DNA of 63,287 bases, filler included, from Octopus bimaculoides (lineage: Eukaryota): assembly GCF_001194135.2 (NCBI RefSeq). It is 3 parts of 3 records of this genome, joined end to end, with 100 filler letters (N's around TTAATTAATTAA, not from the genome) between each part and the next. Parts side by side here need not be neighbours in the genome. Positions count along the whole stretch, not along the records: positions 18,148 to 43,016 come from NC_068981.1; 2 more parts are not named here. One strand, 5' to 3'. The notes under the pieces are model-generated. The model searched no databases. It was not told the origin of the DNA and saw nothing but the letters and a program-made list of their open reading frames with translations. The position numbers and the translations under genes were made by a program. This document shows positions 27,040 to 39,536 of this stretch, in pieces; the stretch's first letter is position 1, and each line of letters starts with the position of its first letter.

Positions 27040-29150
27040 TGGACGTAGTCTAATAATGACGGTTCACTCAGATTTTATATAGACAGGATAGATAGGGATA
27101 CGTTTAGTTGTCTAAAATTATCTTTCCGTTTTGTTGAAACTGATCTACAATTCACGCACACACTCACACACACTCACACGTGCACTATTACTTTCTTAAG
27201 ATCACTTTAGGATTTTCGAAATATTTGTCCAAATGACAGAAATATGTGTTATAGAAGAAATTTTGGAAAATAGTTTTTCAGAAAAAGACTTTGAAGGAAA
27301 ACAAGTAATTATAAATGGTGGTCGACCGACACCGAAATTACCTGATTTGCGAAGCTACAACAAGAAATTCACGAGACAATTTCAGGTTAATTTGTATGAA
27401 AAGAAAAAATGGTTAACTTGTAGTGCTACGCTTAATAAGTTATTCTGCTGGTCATGAGTGTTGTTTTGTTTAGAAAAAACTGTTTGGAATGATAACGGTT
27501 ATGATGATTTAAATAATTCATATATGGCTTTCTCAAAGGCATAAAGATCCTTGATAGGTCTTAAAACATTCAGGAATGTTCGCATAGACCTACAATTAGA
27601 TGCGTGTAAAAAACAGAGCATCATAATGAGGAAGTTAGACGAAACAGATCCATTCTGCAACGATTGATCAATGTAGTTATTTTTTTAGGTCGTCAAGAAT
27701 TATCATTTCGAGGTCATTTTGAATCTGAAGAATCTAATAATCGTGGAAATTATAAAGAACTCTTATATTTAATCAGTAAATATGACGAAAAATTGGCAAG
27801 CCATCTAGATACAACTTCTATGTTCTCCGGTCTCTCAAACAGAATTCAAAATGACTTGATCGATGCAATTCAAAAGGTTATATTGAATGAAATACAAAAT
27901 GAACTTAAACAGGTTAAATTCGTTGCAATTCTTGTTGATGAAACATCTGATGTATCGGCATATTCACAACTGTCAACTGTTTTACGTTATGTTGCAGAAG
28001 ATTGTGTTACGAAAGAGCGATTTATCGGTTTTAATGATGTTGGTGCAGATCGATCTGCAAATGCTTTATCTGAACGTGTTTTTAAAGTCATTGAAACGTG
28101 GAAATGTGAAAACAAATTGATTTCACAAACCTATGATGGTGCCGCTATAATGACAGGAAAATTAAATGGGTTACAATAAAAAATGAGAAAGAAATATGAA
28201 CGTGCGATCTTTATTCCTTTTTTGTGCTCCTATCCTAAATTTAATTCTTTCACAATCATGCTCTGCTATAAAAAAAATGCAAGATATTTTTTCTACTATA
28301 AATAGACTGAGTAAATGTTTTACGAAATCACCGAAAACGGCTAATGTATTAGATAACATTGTTAAAAAAAAGATTTCCGAAAGCAACAGCAACTAGATGG
28401 AACTACGCCTCACATCTTATTATTATCACAAAAGAAAATTATTATCTCATTATCAGCCTTTTTGAAGACATCATTGAAAATCCTGAAGCATGGGATGATG
28501 CAACAACTGGATTCTTACATACTTTAGAAGCTCCTGATTTCTTATTTTCTATTAGAAGTATTCAGTGACATATTTTCTTTCACTGACGTCTCCAGAGTAA
28601 AATTCATTACATAATGTATTGTAAAGAGCAAATAGATAAAAGTAGAACTGTGTTCGAAAACAAACTTACAATTTTTCAATATTTTATATGGAATCAATGC
28701 AGTAATCGGAATTCAGAGATCAAGGAATATATCTATTGATCCCCAACAACATTATAGAATGCTTTATAACAAAATTATTGGCACAATAGTTGACCAAATA
28801 AAAGTGCGATGTTAATCCTTAGAGGAGTTTAAATTCATGGAACTTTTGAATTTCAGAAAATTTGATGACTATTGCAAACAATTTCTTGTGGATTCTTTAG
28901 ATTCTTTAAAAATTACTTACGGCAGATTTTTTGATGTAATTTGATTACAAAGTGAGCTCAATGTGATGTATTCAATAAAAGATTTTAAAAAGCAAAGTAT
29001 AAGTCATTTAATGAGTTACATTTACATCAGTGATCTTGTTGAAGCTATGCCAGAACTCTTCAATCTTTGCAAGTCGATTTTGACAGTTCCATCTACAACT
29101 GCTTCTGTAAAGCGATCCTTTTTTGCATTGACTAGAATCAAAACTGTTAT
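27040..29150 (+). mobile_element. hAT transposon relic (ZMYM1/DUF4371-type transposase)
   Basis: FLGRQELSFRGH..NRGNYKELL, IQNDLI, AILVDETSDVS..QLSTVLRYV, QTYDGAAIMTGKLNGLQ, TRWN, and dimerisation-domain LTVPSTTASVKRSFFALTRIKT. Confidence 0.9.
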
Positions 29151-29419
29151 GTCCCGCATTATGACGACATATTTCGTTGTCTCTGCGGGACTGGCCCGAA
29201 AAGCGTATCCCGCTGACTGTTTTTTTTATTTGGTCACATGGGCCCAAGAAAGAGGGAACAAACAAGGGCAGACAATACATAAAAAGGCGCGTGTGTGTGT
29301 GTGTGTGGGGGGGTCATGTCGGATGATTTATGATGGTATGAATTTAAAAAAATTTAAACAAATTAAAAAGCTTTTGTGTGATGTCAAAGCACCAGTCGAC
29401 TACCGACGCCCGACATGAT

Positions 29420-30450
29420 ACCTTTTGCTTTTCTGCTGGCACCACCTACCTGGTTCCAGTCAGGCACAGTATCCTTTCTACAGACTCCCATCTTTATGTG
29501 TACATACTGTGTGATAGGTATCTCTTCTCCAGCCTGATCTTGCTCTTCAGGTGGTAACTAAAGAAGCTAACCAACCCTTGGCCTGTGATGAAAGTACCTG
29601 TCGCGATCCCTCTTGCACGCGTCTACCGTACTGTCTCTTTCAGTATAGCTACTATGCAGAAAAAAACAGGCCTACTTCTCCTTGTCAAGGGAGGTAGGTG
29701 GCACAATCTTTATGATAGACTCAGCTGATAGCTGTACTCTTCCCATTGTCGACAACAATTGTTCAGCAAAGGTTATCAGTGCCGTTAATTCCGTACACTG
29801 TACGAAGGCGTGCAGGACAGTTTTACTGCCCTGCCCACACCTCGGGCATGTCGGTGGAACAGGTAAAGCTGATTGATAGCATAACCAGGCCAGGGATTTC
29901 TGCTAATTATCCAGATACCCCAGTTCAAAGGTTCTCCTAAACAGGTTGGTCAAATGACTTCTATCGACGCCCGGAGTCTCCTATAGGACATCGTCTGACA
30001 TAGACTCTACCAGCCCTCTATTGAAATCCGCTGCCGGTATTGCCCACTCGGGAGAATAGCTTGAGTACCTGTCGACACTCTAATTTGCCACTCGCCCTGC
30101 CTAGGACTACGCTTGATCCATGGACCAATATCTTGTAGGGATGTCAATTGAGGGAAGAAAAGCCTCATGTGCAGTGACCACACCTGCTCACCATCCAGGT
30201 AGAGCCAGAGGTGCCTAAGCCTTTGCACCAACTTGCGCATCCTCACCCACAGCATCCCTAGCCCAGCCTTTAACGGTTTTTGGCAGCAGACAGAGCTCCT
30301 TACAAGTGGTCCTCTTCCTTTCCACAACAAGTGGAATAGGAGTTGTTCCAGCTTGTTCAGTCACAAATCGGGGCAAGGCACAACAGTCAGGTGGTAGGTG
30401 ATATCAGATGCTATAAACACCTGGGCCACCCGCGCCCTTCCTGTGTAAAG
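29420..30450 (-). mobile_element. Tx1/L1-clade ORF2 3' fragment
   Basis: ASDITYHLTVVPCP..LEQLLFHLLWKGRGPLVRSSVCCQKPLKAGLG is homologous to the 7200-7450 Tx1 fragment. Confidence 0.8.
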
Positions 30451-31445
30451 CACCGCTGGTAATCTTACTCTAATTACCAATTTGAATTTGGTAATTTTCC
30501 TTTCTATCACCGTACTTTTGTATATGTTACCATATGCCATTTATTTTTCCTGGGCTTTTTAACTGTTTGTTTATGCGGTGAACTTGTGTTGTCTGGGTAG
30601 GTTTCCTTTTATTGGTGATGCTGGTGGAGATGTGTACTGCATAAGCTCTACAATGTCCATTTCACTTTTTTTTTTTTGGACTCTTCGGAGATGAGTTCAC
30701 AGATTCTCTTCTTTTTCTCCTGTTCACCTCCGTAAATGCTTCCTCCGCTTTCTCCGTACATTTCTCGCTTGCTAGGGCCGCCACTTCGGCACTCTACTCC
30801 TCTTGGCTTACCCCATTTTTACTGTATCTCTGGGTGCACTTTATTCTCACGTGACCATTCTCTCCGCATTGAGAACAGGTTGGTAGTCTTCCTTTCACCA
30901 CTACTCTCAACCTTATGTCCTCCGGTAGAATCACCACTTCAGCGATTACGTTTAAATCCACCGATTCACCTTCTTTGTCTTTGTCACTTTAAAAATTTTA
31001 GCGTCCTCCTCGGTTTTATGCATTTTGGCTGCTACCAGCCACGCTTCTCTGATTTCCGGGCGGTACCCTGCCTCTTCTAACTCTGGCGACTCTTTTTCCA
31101 CAGTACGTTGGCAAGATTACACATTCTTTCGTCCTGAGCGTCACAGGGGAGTGATTTATTACCTCCTGTTAGCTTTCAAACCTCACCTCCACTGTATTTT
31201 CTGCCTCTTGTCTAAAATGTTGTTGGATTCTTTATCTCCTTAAGACATTCTTCTATCGCTCCTACCGTGGCTATTTCTATTTTATTAGTAATTGTAGACA
31301 ATGTTCTGTAAACCACTGTTCCTTTCATTGTACTGGTTGTCACTTCTTCTGGCGGGGTTAGACTTAAACTGGTTCCCTCCTGAATCAGCCTGTTATACTC
31401 TTTCAGCTTCTTCTCCTCAGTTTTGATTTTTCGAACTTCTAGCGT
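30450..31445 (-). mobile_element. ORF1-type element, array copy C (5'-truncated, joined to the ORF2 fragment)
   Basis: LEVRKIKTEEKKLKEYNRL..TPPEEVT..VVYRTLST; VILPEDIRLRVVVKGRLPTCSQCGENGHVRIKC; WHMVTY. Homologous to copy A. Confidence 0.75.
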
Positions 31446-31459
31446 AATTCTTTATTTGG

Positions 31460-32104
31460 CAGACTGTAATTCTTTATTTGGCACCTAGGCCATAACATAG
31501 AGGGGACAGCACAAGGACAGACAGAACACCACTGTAGGGACAAAAACATAAAGCGAATGAAAAATGAAGGCTGTATAAAATAATAAAATTAATGATGATG
31601 AAATGCTGCATTGAGCCTCACTCTCAAGCAGTACCATTTAGCAGTTAAATTATACAAATTAACAAATCTTTCTTACACTCTCTTTTTTCCCTTTTAGCAT
31701 CCTCTATTGCCTCTATTGGGGCAACCTCTATCTTTTTAGAGGACGTGGATAACGTTCTGTACACCACTATCCTGTTCGTCACACTGTTAGTCAATTCTTG
31801 CGGTGGAGTCAGCCTCAAACTTTCTATTAATTTACTGCCCTCCTTCCACTTTCTGGGCTCTGTCTTAATTTCTCGTACTTCCAGGGCGTTGGTAAATACT
31901 CCTTTACACATGGTTGATGCGTAACTTCCAGTTGATTCATTTTCCACAGGCAAAAACAGCAACAATAGTTCAAAATTTAACAAATTTAACAAATACTAGG
32001 TTCACCCACATGGGGAGATCTTCAACAAGTATATAACAACAAACGACTTCAGAATCACAAGTGATTTAACCGAAAATACCACCAACGCAAAAAAAAATAC
32101 CTCG
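31460..32104 (-). mobile_element. ORF1-only element, array copy B (internally deleted)
   Basis: 5' leader plus ORF start (ATG 31940; GSYASTMCKG..LEVREIKTE..LRLTPPQELT..VVYRTLST), fused to a 3'UTR ending AATAAAGAATTACAGTC. Confidence 0.75.
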
Positions 32105-33860
32105 ATGACTGTATTTCCTTTATTCAGCACACAGGCCGTAACACAGAGGAGACATCACAAGGACAGACAAAACACCACAGTGGGTACAAGAAACACAGAA
32201 GGAACGAATGAACGATGGATAATAACAATGAGGATGAAATGGCTTCTCTGTTCCCCACTCTCAGACAGTATCATTTAAATGTTTTTCGTTAAACGTTTAT
32301 AAATCAGTTCTTTTTTTCCTCTTTTTGCATCTGTTTATATAATCATTTAAAAGTTTTAAATACTTACTTACTTTTTTTTCATTTTTACCATTTTATGTAC
32401 GGCAACAGGTCGTCGTACTCTACTACTGGCGGCAAGTCGCCGAATTCGACTCGTACTCCCGTTGGGTCTATCTTCTTTTCCGAACAGTTCTCGTAGTTTT
32501 TCATATCTCTGGTCGTCAATAACAATTGCTTTGGTGCTCTCTGGATAGTATTCCGTTGTTAGTTTCGCTCTTATTACTGTTTTCATTTTTGTGATTCTCT
32601 TCTCTATCTCTGTACTTTTCGCATATGTTACCATATGCCATTTATGTTTTGGTTCTTTTTTATTTGTTTGTTTCTGTACTCCTACTTGTTTTTCCTTTGA
32701 TGTTGTTGGTATCCCATGTTGTGCTTCTTGTTTACTCTCCTGTTTTTTTTTTAGTGGACTCCTTGGTGGTGAGTCCCCGTCTTCTTTCCTTTTCTTCTTC
32801 CTATTCACCACCGTATACTCCTCCTCCACTTTCTCTGGACACTTCTCACATACTGGGTTCGTCGCTTCGGCATTTTGCTCCTGTTCGTCACCCTGTTGCT
32901 GTTGTTCCTTTTCACCTTTATCGTCGTTCTGGGGACACCCTGCTCTCATGTGTCCCCTTAAGCCACACTGGAAGCAGGTTGGTGGTCTTCCCTCCACCAT
33001 TACTCTCAATTTCACGTCCTCTGGTAGTATTACCTCCTCCGCTATCTTATGCAAGTCTCGTAAACTGACTTGGATGGCCACTTCGAGGCCGAACCCCCAC
33101 AGTTTACCTCTTTCATCCTCGTCACTTTCAACACCTTCACATCCTCCTCCATATTATACAGGATGGTTGCCACCAGCCACGCCTCCTCAATCTCTGGGTG
33201 TACTCTGCCAATCCTTACCCTGGCCACTTGTTTGCCACTGTAAGTCGGCAGAAGTACCCACTCTGGTGTTCTTAGCTCCACAGTGGAGTGGTTTATCACT
33301 TCTTGTTTACTAGTGAGCCTTACCTCTACTGTGCCGCATTTCCTCCCTCTCGTATAAAATGTTGTGAGGCTTTTACCTCCTTTAAGCATTCCTCTATAGC
33401 CTCTACTGTGGTTATTTCTATTTTTTCGATGTCGTGGACAGCGTTCTATACACCACTGTCCACTTCATCACACTCGCTGTTAAATTTTCTGGCGGTGTCA
33501 ACCTCAAACTGGTTCCATCTTTCTCTCTGAGTCTGTTGAACTCCTTCAAGTTCCTCTGCTCTATCTTTATCTCTCGTACCTGCAACACGTCATCTGTCAA
33601 ACTTCTTCCAGTGGCTGAAGCATAACTGCCGGCTGGAACTGGTTCGCACTCTATCCTCTGCTTCATGTCTACTTCACCCATGAATGGGTAAGAAAACAAT
33701 TTCACAGACAAAAACAGCAACAACAATTCAACAGTTTAACAATGATATTAAATAGGTAGGTTCACCCTTACGGGAGACCTTCGAGAAGTGTATAACAATT
33801 TAACTCACAATTTAACTCACAGGGATCAAAACCGATTAAAAAATTACCAAAAATAGCTCG
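32105..33860 (-). mobile_element. ORF1(gag)-only Tx1-related retroelement, array copy A (complete, frameshifted)
   Basis: Leader, ORF1 of ~430 codons across three frames (33726-32368) with CCHC knuckle CFQCGLRGHMRAGCP and basic RKKKRK. The stop is followed by a ~260-nt 3'UTR with AATAAA at 32124-32119. No EN/RT. Confidence 0.8.
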
Positions 33861-34230
33861 CTGACTGTATTTCCTTTGTTCGGTACGTAAGCTGTAACAC
33901 AGAGGGGACAGCACAAGGACAGACAAAACACCACAGTGGGGACAAGATACACAGATCGAACGAATGAAGGGTGGATAATAACAATGAGGATGAAATGGCT
34001 TGCCTGCTCCCCACTCGCAGGCAGTATCATTTAAATGTTTTTCGTTTAATGTTTATAAATCAGTTCTTTTTTTCCCTTTTATTTTCCCTTTTTGCATCTG
34101 TTTGTACAGTCATTTAAAATTTTTAAATATTTACTTTTTTTGTATTTTCACCATTTTATGTACGGCAATTTAACTCACAATTTAACTCACAGAGATTAAA
34201 AAATGATTCAAATACTCCAAAAATAGCTCG
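33861..34230 (-). mobile_element. ORF-less array copy Z (leader fused to 3'UTR)
   Basis: 33861-34168 matches 32105-32404; 34169-34230 matches the leader at 33798-33860. Confidence 0.75.
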
Positions 34231-34543
34231 GGGACTGACCTTACTGACTGTGTCAGTCCACCATTTATTAGTAGTGGACCAGTCCACTTCTCACCTGGGG
34301 ACGTCCGCCACAACAAAAACGTACCAAAGAAATGCAACAGGAGAAAAAAAGACTGTCTGGGTTAGCACTAATGTCAATTGAAAAACATCTGTTATAAGTG
34401 ATGAAAAGAGATTTCTATGAAAATGTGATAAATATATTTGTCCAGAAAGATCGAAGAATTGAATTAATTTATAAATGAGGTAAAGTAAATATCATTTTCG
34501 AATATTTTAAAAACAATTTAAATGTATTCAAGGGCATTCTTTC

Positions 34544-34741
34544 GTTTTAGACCGTGAAGTTGTCAAATACAAATCAGCTGCTTTATCAGGCTGCTCGCCA
34601 ATTTCCGGAAAATAATTGACACTCACTCGAGCAGCCTGTTCTGATACTTACTGAACTCAGTACGTTAAAAGACAATGATGCGCGCGCGCGCACACACACA
34701 CGCACATTGAAACATACACACATAAATATAAACACTCACAC

Positions 34742-34791
<50 letters not shown>

Positions 34792-35215
34792 ATGTATAAA
34801 TCATTTTGTATAAATAATTTTCTTTGATATTCTTTCAAATTTTCTTTCATCATTAAGTTAGTGTAATTTACATTTCTTCGTTTTCTCCTTGCATGTTGCG
34901 ATATTTCACATCTTTACTACTCCCAACAAATGAAAAGAGACGCTAGGTTTTTGTTTTGTGTTTTTAGGGCTTTTTACAATGTTGAATTTTCGTACAATGT
35001 TGAATTTTCGCTGTCTTTCATTGTGTGTGTGTTTATGTATATGCGTATACGTTCAATGCGCGCGCGTGTGTGTGCGCGAGACGTAGTCTTTTAACGTACA
35101 AAGTTCAGTAAGTATCAGAATAGGCTGCTTGAGTAAGTGTCAATTATTTTCCCGAAATTGGCGAGTAGCCTGATAAAGCAGCTGATTTGTCTTTGACAAC
35201 GTAACGGTCTAAAAC
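34544..35215. mobile_element. MITE/foldback-like element with 130-bp terminal inverted repeats
   Basis: 34544-34673 is the reverse complement (imperfect) of 35086-35215; the interior is non-coding with microsatellite. No clear TSD. Confidence 0.6.
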
Positions 35216-35942
35216 CTTGGCCATATTACGTAACTAAATGTGTTTTGTTAGTTAAATAATTTCAGCTCAACCAATAAGTATTTATTGCATGACCAACCTC
35301 AGAAGTCACCGCACGCCACTGATATATATATATATATATATATANNNNNNNNNNNNNNNNNNNNNNNNNNNNNNNNNNNNNNNNNNNNNNNNNNNNNNNN
35401 NNNNNNNNNNNNNNNNNNNNNNNNNNNNNNNNNNNNNNNNNNNNNNNNNNNNNNNNNNNNNNNNNNNNNNNNNNNNNNNNNNNNNNNNNNNNNNNNNNNN
35501 NNNNNNNNNNNNNNNNNNNNNNNNNNNNNNNNNNNNNNNNNNNNNNNNNNNNNNNNNNNNNNNNNNNNNNNNNNNNNNNNNNNNNNNNNNNNNNNNNNNN
35601 NNNNNNNNNNNNNNNNNNNNNNNNNNNNNNNNNNNNNNNNNNNNNNNNNNNNNNNNNNNNNNNNNNNNNNNNNNNNNNNNNNNNNNNNNNNNNNNNNNNN
35701 NNNNNNNNNNNNNNNNNNNNNNNNNNNNNNNNNNNNNNNNNNNNNNNNNNNNNNNNNNNNNNNNNNNNNNNNNNNNNNNNNNNNNNNNNNNNNNNNNNNN
35801 NNNNNNNNNNNNNNNNNNNNNNNNNNNNNNNNNNNNNNNNNNNNNNNNNNNNNNNNNNNNNNNNNNNNNNNNNNNNNNNNNNNNNNNNNNNNNNNNNNNN
35901 NNNNNNNNNNNNNNNNNNNNNNNNNNNNNNNNNNNNNNNNNN

Positions 35943-36029
<87 letters not shown>

Positions 36030-36032
<3 letters not shown>

Positions 36033-36590
36033 GATCTAGAAGATGATACAAGGCCAGCACATAAACCCAAAATGAGGTTCAAGGACTGCCTCAGGATTGT
36101 TCTGATGCAGACAGGGGTTTCAGTTGTTGATTGGGAGTGGGAGGCACAAGGCCGAAATGGAGGCAGGAAAAGAGTGCAAAGTTGTTGTTCGAAGTTTGAA
36201 AGAGAGAGAATGAAGCACGAGAAGATCAAGAGAAGGCTTAGGAAGAATGAACCTGTGGAAAATGAAGGAATGTTGCTTTTTATGTGTGCGATTCGTGGGA
36301 GGAAATGCTTGAGTCATGCAGGCTTGGTCAGCTAACGGAGAACTCACAGGAATCAATCCCTTATAAATTGTGAGACGCCTATTGTTCACAACAGAACATG
36401 TGCAACCTGTGAAAAGCTGTGCCTTTCAGTTGGAGGACTGAAAAAGCATGTCAAAAGACTTCATACTGTGGTACCTGTTCCCTCTGCCAGCCAGCACAGC
36501 GGTGCATTATGTGATAGAATGAGCAAATCTTTGATCGCGCTCAAGAGTCATACATGGGCCTCACATTGCATCATCAATGACTCATTTCAA
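36030..36590 (+). mobile_element. RTE-like LINE 3' end with C2H2-like fingers
   Basis: RPAHKPKMRFKDCL..DWE is an RTE C-terminus; it is followed by FMCAIRGRKCLSHAGLVS, CATCEKLCLSVGGLKKHVKRLH and LCDRMSKSLIALKSHTWASH. Confidence 0.55.
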
Positions 36591-37670
36591 TGATTTTTTT
36601 CTAGCAGTAGCTTTGCTCGCATACTAGAAAGCAGATATTATATGTATATATATATATATATATACACATACCTATTTATACATACCTATTTATACATACC
36701 TATTTGTGTGTGTGTGTGTATGTGTATACACGCGCACACATATGTCCAAATATAGATATCTAGATAAGTGTGTATATATGTGTATGTACACATGCGCAGG
36801 CGCGCACACACATACGCAAACATATATATGCATGAAGATTTCCTCAGTACGCTCAGCAAATAATTTCAGCTTTTTCAGTTACGGACACTCTAAAAACCAT
36901 AAGAGTGACTTACATAACTTGAGAATAAGTTATGGCTACACACTCACGGATGTCTTAAATCTCTCTAAAACAACTCGTGAACGTGATATTTCACTTACAA
37001 ACACATGCATGTATAGATATTTCCGCTTTCTGTTTCCGTTATTATCATATCTTTAGCAAAGAAGATTTTAGGTGTGTCAAGTGTTGAACAATAATGGCGT
37101 TAACGGAGTAAATTTGAATGTAGATGAATTGGAAATAAGAACGAAAGAAAAACAGGAGAAACTGTTGTAGGAAGTTTATAAAAGAAAGATATTACTGAAT
37201 TTGTTTTGCAAGATTCCTGGTGTGAAATCGTGTGTTGAAACAGATATTGTTATATTTGGCAAGAGAAAAAAAAAATGATCATCCCAAAAGAAAAACACTT
37301 TACGAGAAATTAAATGCAAAAAATGTTGTTTATTAGTGACGGTAGATTATATACATATTATTTGATTTTCTTTATCATAGTACAAAGCCTGTTTAAGAGA
37401 GGCTTGGAATGTGTATGTTTACACTGTATGTTTTCTAGGTTAAATAGAAATTGCGTTCTCATATGGCTAACAATAGTTGTATAAATATCAATGGTGATAA
37501 CAGTACTTTAGTTGTATATATGCGATCAGTGAGAATGAAAAACACAAAACAGGTGAAAAAGACAAAAATATATAAAATTATTGATTCGAATGATTGTATA
37601 AAAATAATACTGTTTCATATTGTCTCATATAAACGACAATCAAAACGTTCTCATGATAAATGATTTGTAT

Positions 37671-38440
37671 TTATGAAAGTTCACCTCTAGTTACCCATTT
37701 AAGTGTTGAAGAGAATGGAAGCGTAGATCTGTTGGGTTCTGGGGTAGTTTCTTTTCTACTGTTACATTTTACAAAATTATGAATACATGTATAGGCAATC
37801 GGTGACCAAACTGTGCCCGGCGCACATGGCATTTCATAATATGAACCCCATTCCGTACATTGAATGAACTTTGTTGGATCTGGGTGACTGAAATAAAATT
37901 TACCAACTCCAATATTTTCTTTAGTACATGGGTTGTTGTTAAGAACGGTGGGTAGGATCGTTTGTGTGCCTTGAGACGTTACCGTTGTGCTATCTTCATT
38001 TATCTTGTTTCCACTTTTTCTAATGCATGTATAGGCAATCTGTGACCAAACTGTGCCTAGAGGACATGGCATTTCGTAATATGAACCCCATTCCGTACAT
38101 TGAATGAATTTTTGAGGATCTGGGTGAGCAAAATAGAATTTACCTAAGTCAGTATTTTCTTTTGTGCATGGGTTATTTTTAAGAATGGTGCATGAGGTAG
38201 AAGTCTCCGAGTCTTTGGTTGTTTCAGCGTTATCGTTAGTTAGCGGGTTACTGTTCTCTCTAACACATACGGTGACGCTCTGTGACCATATTGTACCCGG
38301 TGCACACAACATCACAAAGAATGTACCCCATTCAGTACATTGAATGTATTTTCTAGGGTCTGGATGAGCGAAATAGAATCTTCCTGCTTCAATATTTTCT
38401 GTTGTACATGGATTCTTGACACTTTCTGTAGTTTCATCTC
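37671..38440 (-). CDS. Gene A coding exon 3: three tandem chitin-binding (CBM14/peritrophin-A-like, 4-Cys) repeats
   Basis: Polypyrimidine tract and ttcag acceptor at 38441; open frame to TAA at 37671; three copies of NPCTxENxxxGxFYFxHPDPxKxIQCTEWGxxxxMxCxxGTxWSxxxxxC separated by Thr/Ser-rich linkers; AATAAA at 37334-37329. Confidence 0.88.
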
Positions 38441-39105
38441 CTGAATTAAGAAAATATCACAGAAAATATTATACACAGTTAACATATATTGCAAAAAAAA
38501 AAAAGAAAAGAAAAAGAAAAAAAAAATGAATCCAAGTGTATTCGTTGTGACAAATGTGTTGATGCTAACTATTTTTATGCACATTTACTAGTTTGGCTGA
38601 AAACCTGCAACTGTTCTTTTTCTATAGTCTTTGATGTGCACTTTGAATAGTATTTAAATTTAATTAATGTTCATTCTACAAGGACGTCAGTTAAGAAAGT
38701 GTATAAGTCGGCTCTTAAAGTTCTAATTTTTCCATAAGTTATAGACTAACCGAAAACTGAATATTTTTACAACTTAGAAGGGCAGCGCTTTTGGCTTTTG
38801 CCGAAAACATCCAAAACTGGCGAGTAAACGGTATGTTCAAACTGGTGACAAGGCTCGAAAGTTAGCACTAGTGTAGACTCCGCTAAGACTCTCAAGGTTT
38901 GGTGGTAGTGTTAAATTTGACAATATAAGTCTGATACGCTCTCAAAATTGGCTTATGCATTGAGACTACCGCCCAAGAAACTGAGAGATGGACATGTCTA
39001 TCAGGAGCAGTAAGGAAGTAAATCGAATAATTGTCTACCACTAAACTTATAGTTTTGGATCCTATTCCAAAGCGAAAAAAATGTCAGCTAGGCCTCTAGT
39101 AATTT

Positions 39106-39106
39106 C

Positions 39107-39152
<46 letters not shown>

Positions 39153-39265
39153 GCAGCAGCAGCAGCAACAACAACAACAACAACAACAACAACAGCAACA
39201 ACAACAGTAACAACAACAACAGCAGCAGCAGTAGCAGCAACAACAACAACAACAACAACAACAAC
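39106..39265. repeat. (CAA/CAG)n microsatellite in gene A intron 2
   Basis: Direct reading. Confidence 0.95.
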
Positions 39266-39337
39266 TTCTGTTGGGATTTAAAAACGGCTCTTCTGTTAAG
39301 AGCCAGTCTCTATTTTTTACCCTGTTTGAAAATCAAA

Positions 39338-39503
<166 letters not shown>

Positions 39504-39536
39504 TAAATGAAGTGATTCTAAATATATATTACTTAC

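Noticed and set aside
31460-34230. Interpreting the direct repeats as a classic LTR retrotransposon or a CRISPR-like array
   Set aside because: No TG..CA termini, PBS, protease or integrase; repeats are hundreds of bp and diverged; ORF1 is LINE (Tx1)-type.
39081-39281. Thr/Ala-rich mucin-like ORF next to chitin-binding exons
   Set aside because: It is on the plus strand, opposite gene A, and is simply a (CAA/CAG)n microsatellite.
39266-39322. Possible extra gene A exon after ttcaaacag (would give YW from the 39581 donor)
   Set aside because: T+GG is followed immediately by TAA and there is no good donor; the 39536 donor gives a complete frame without it.
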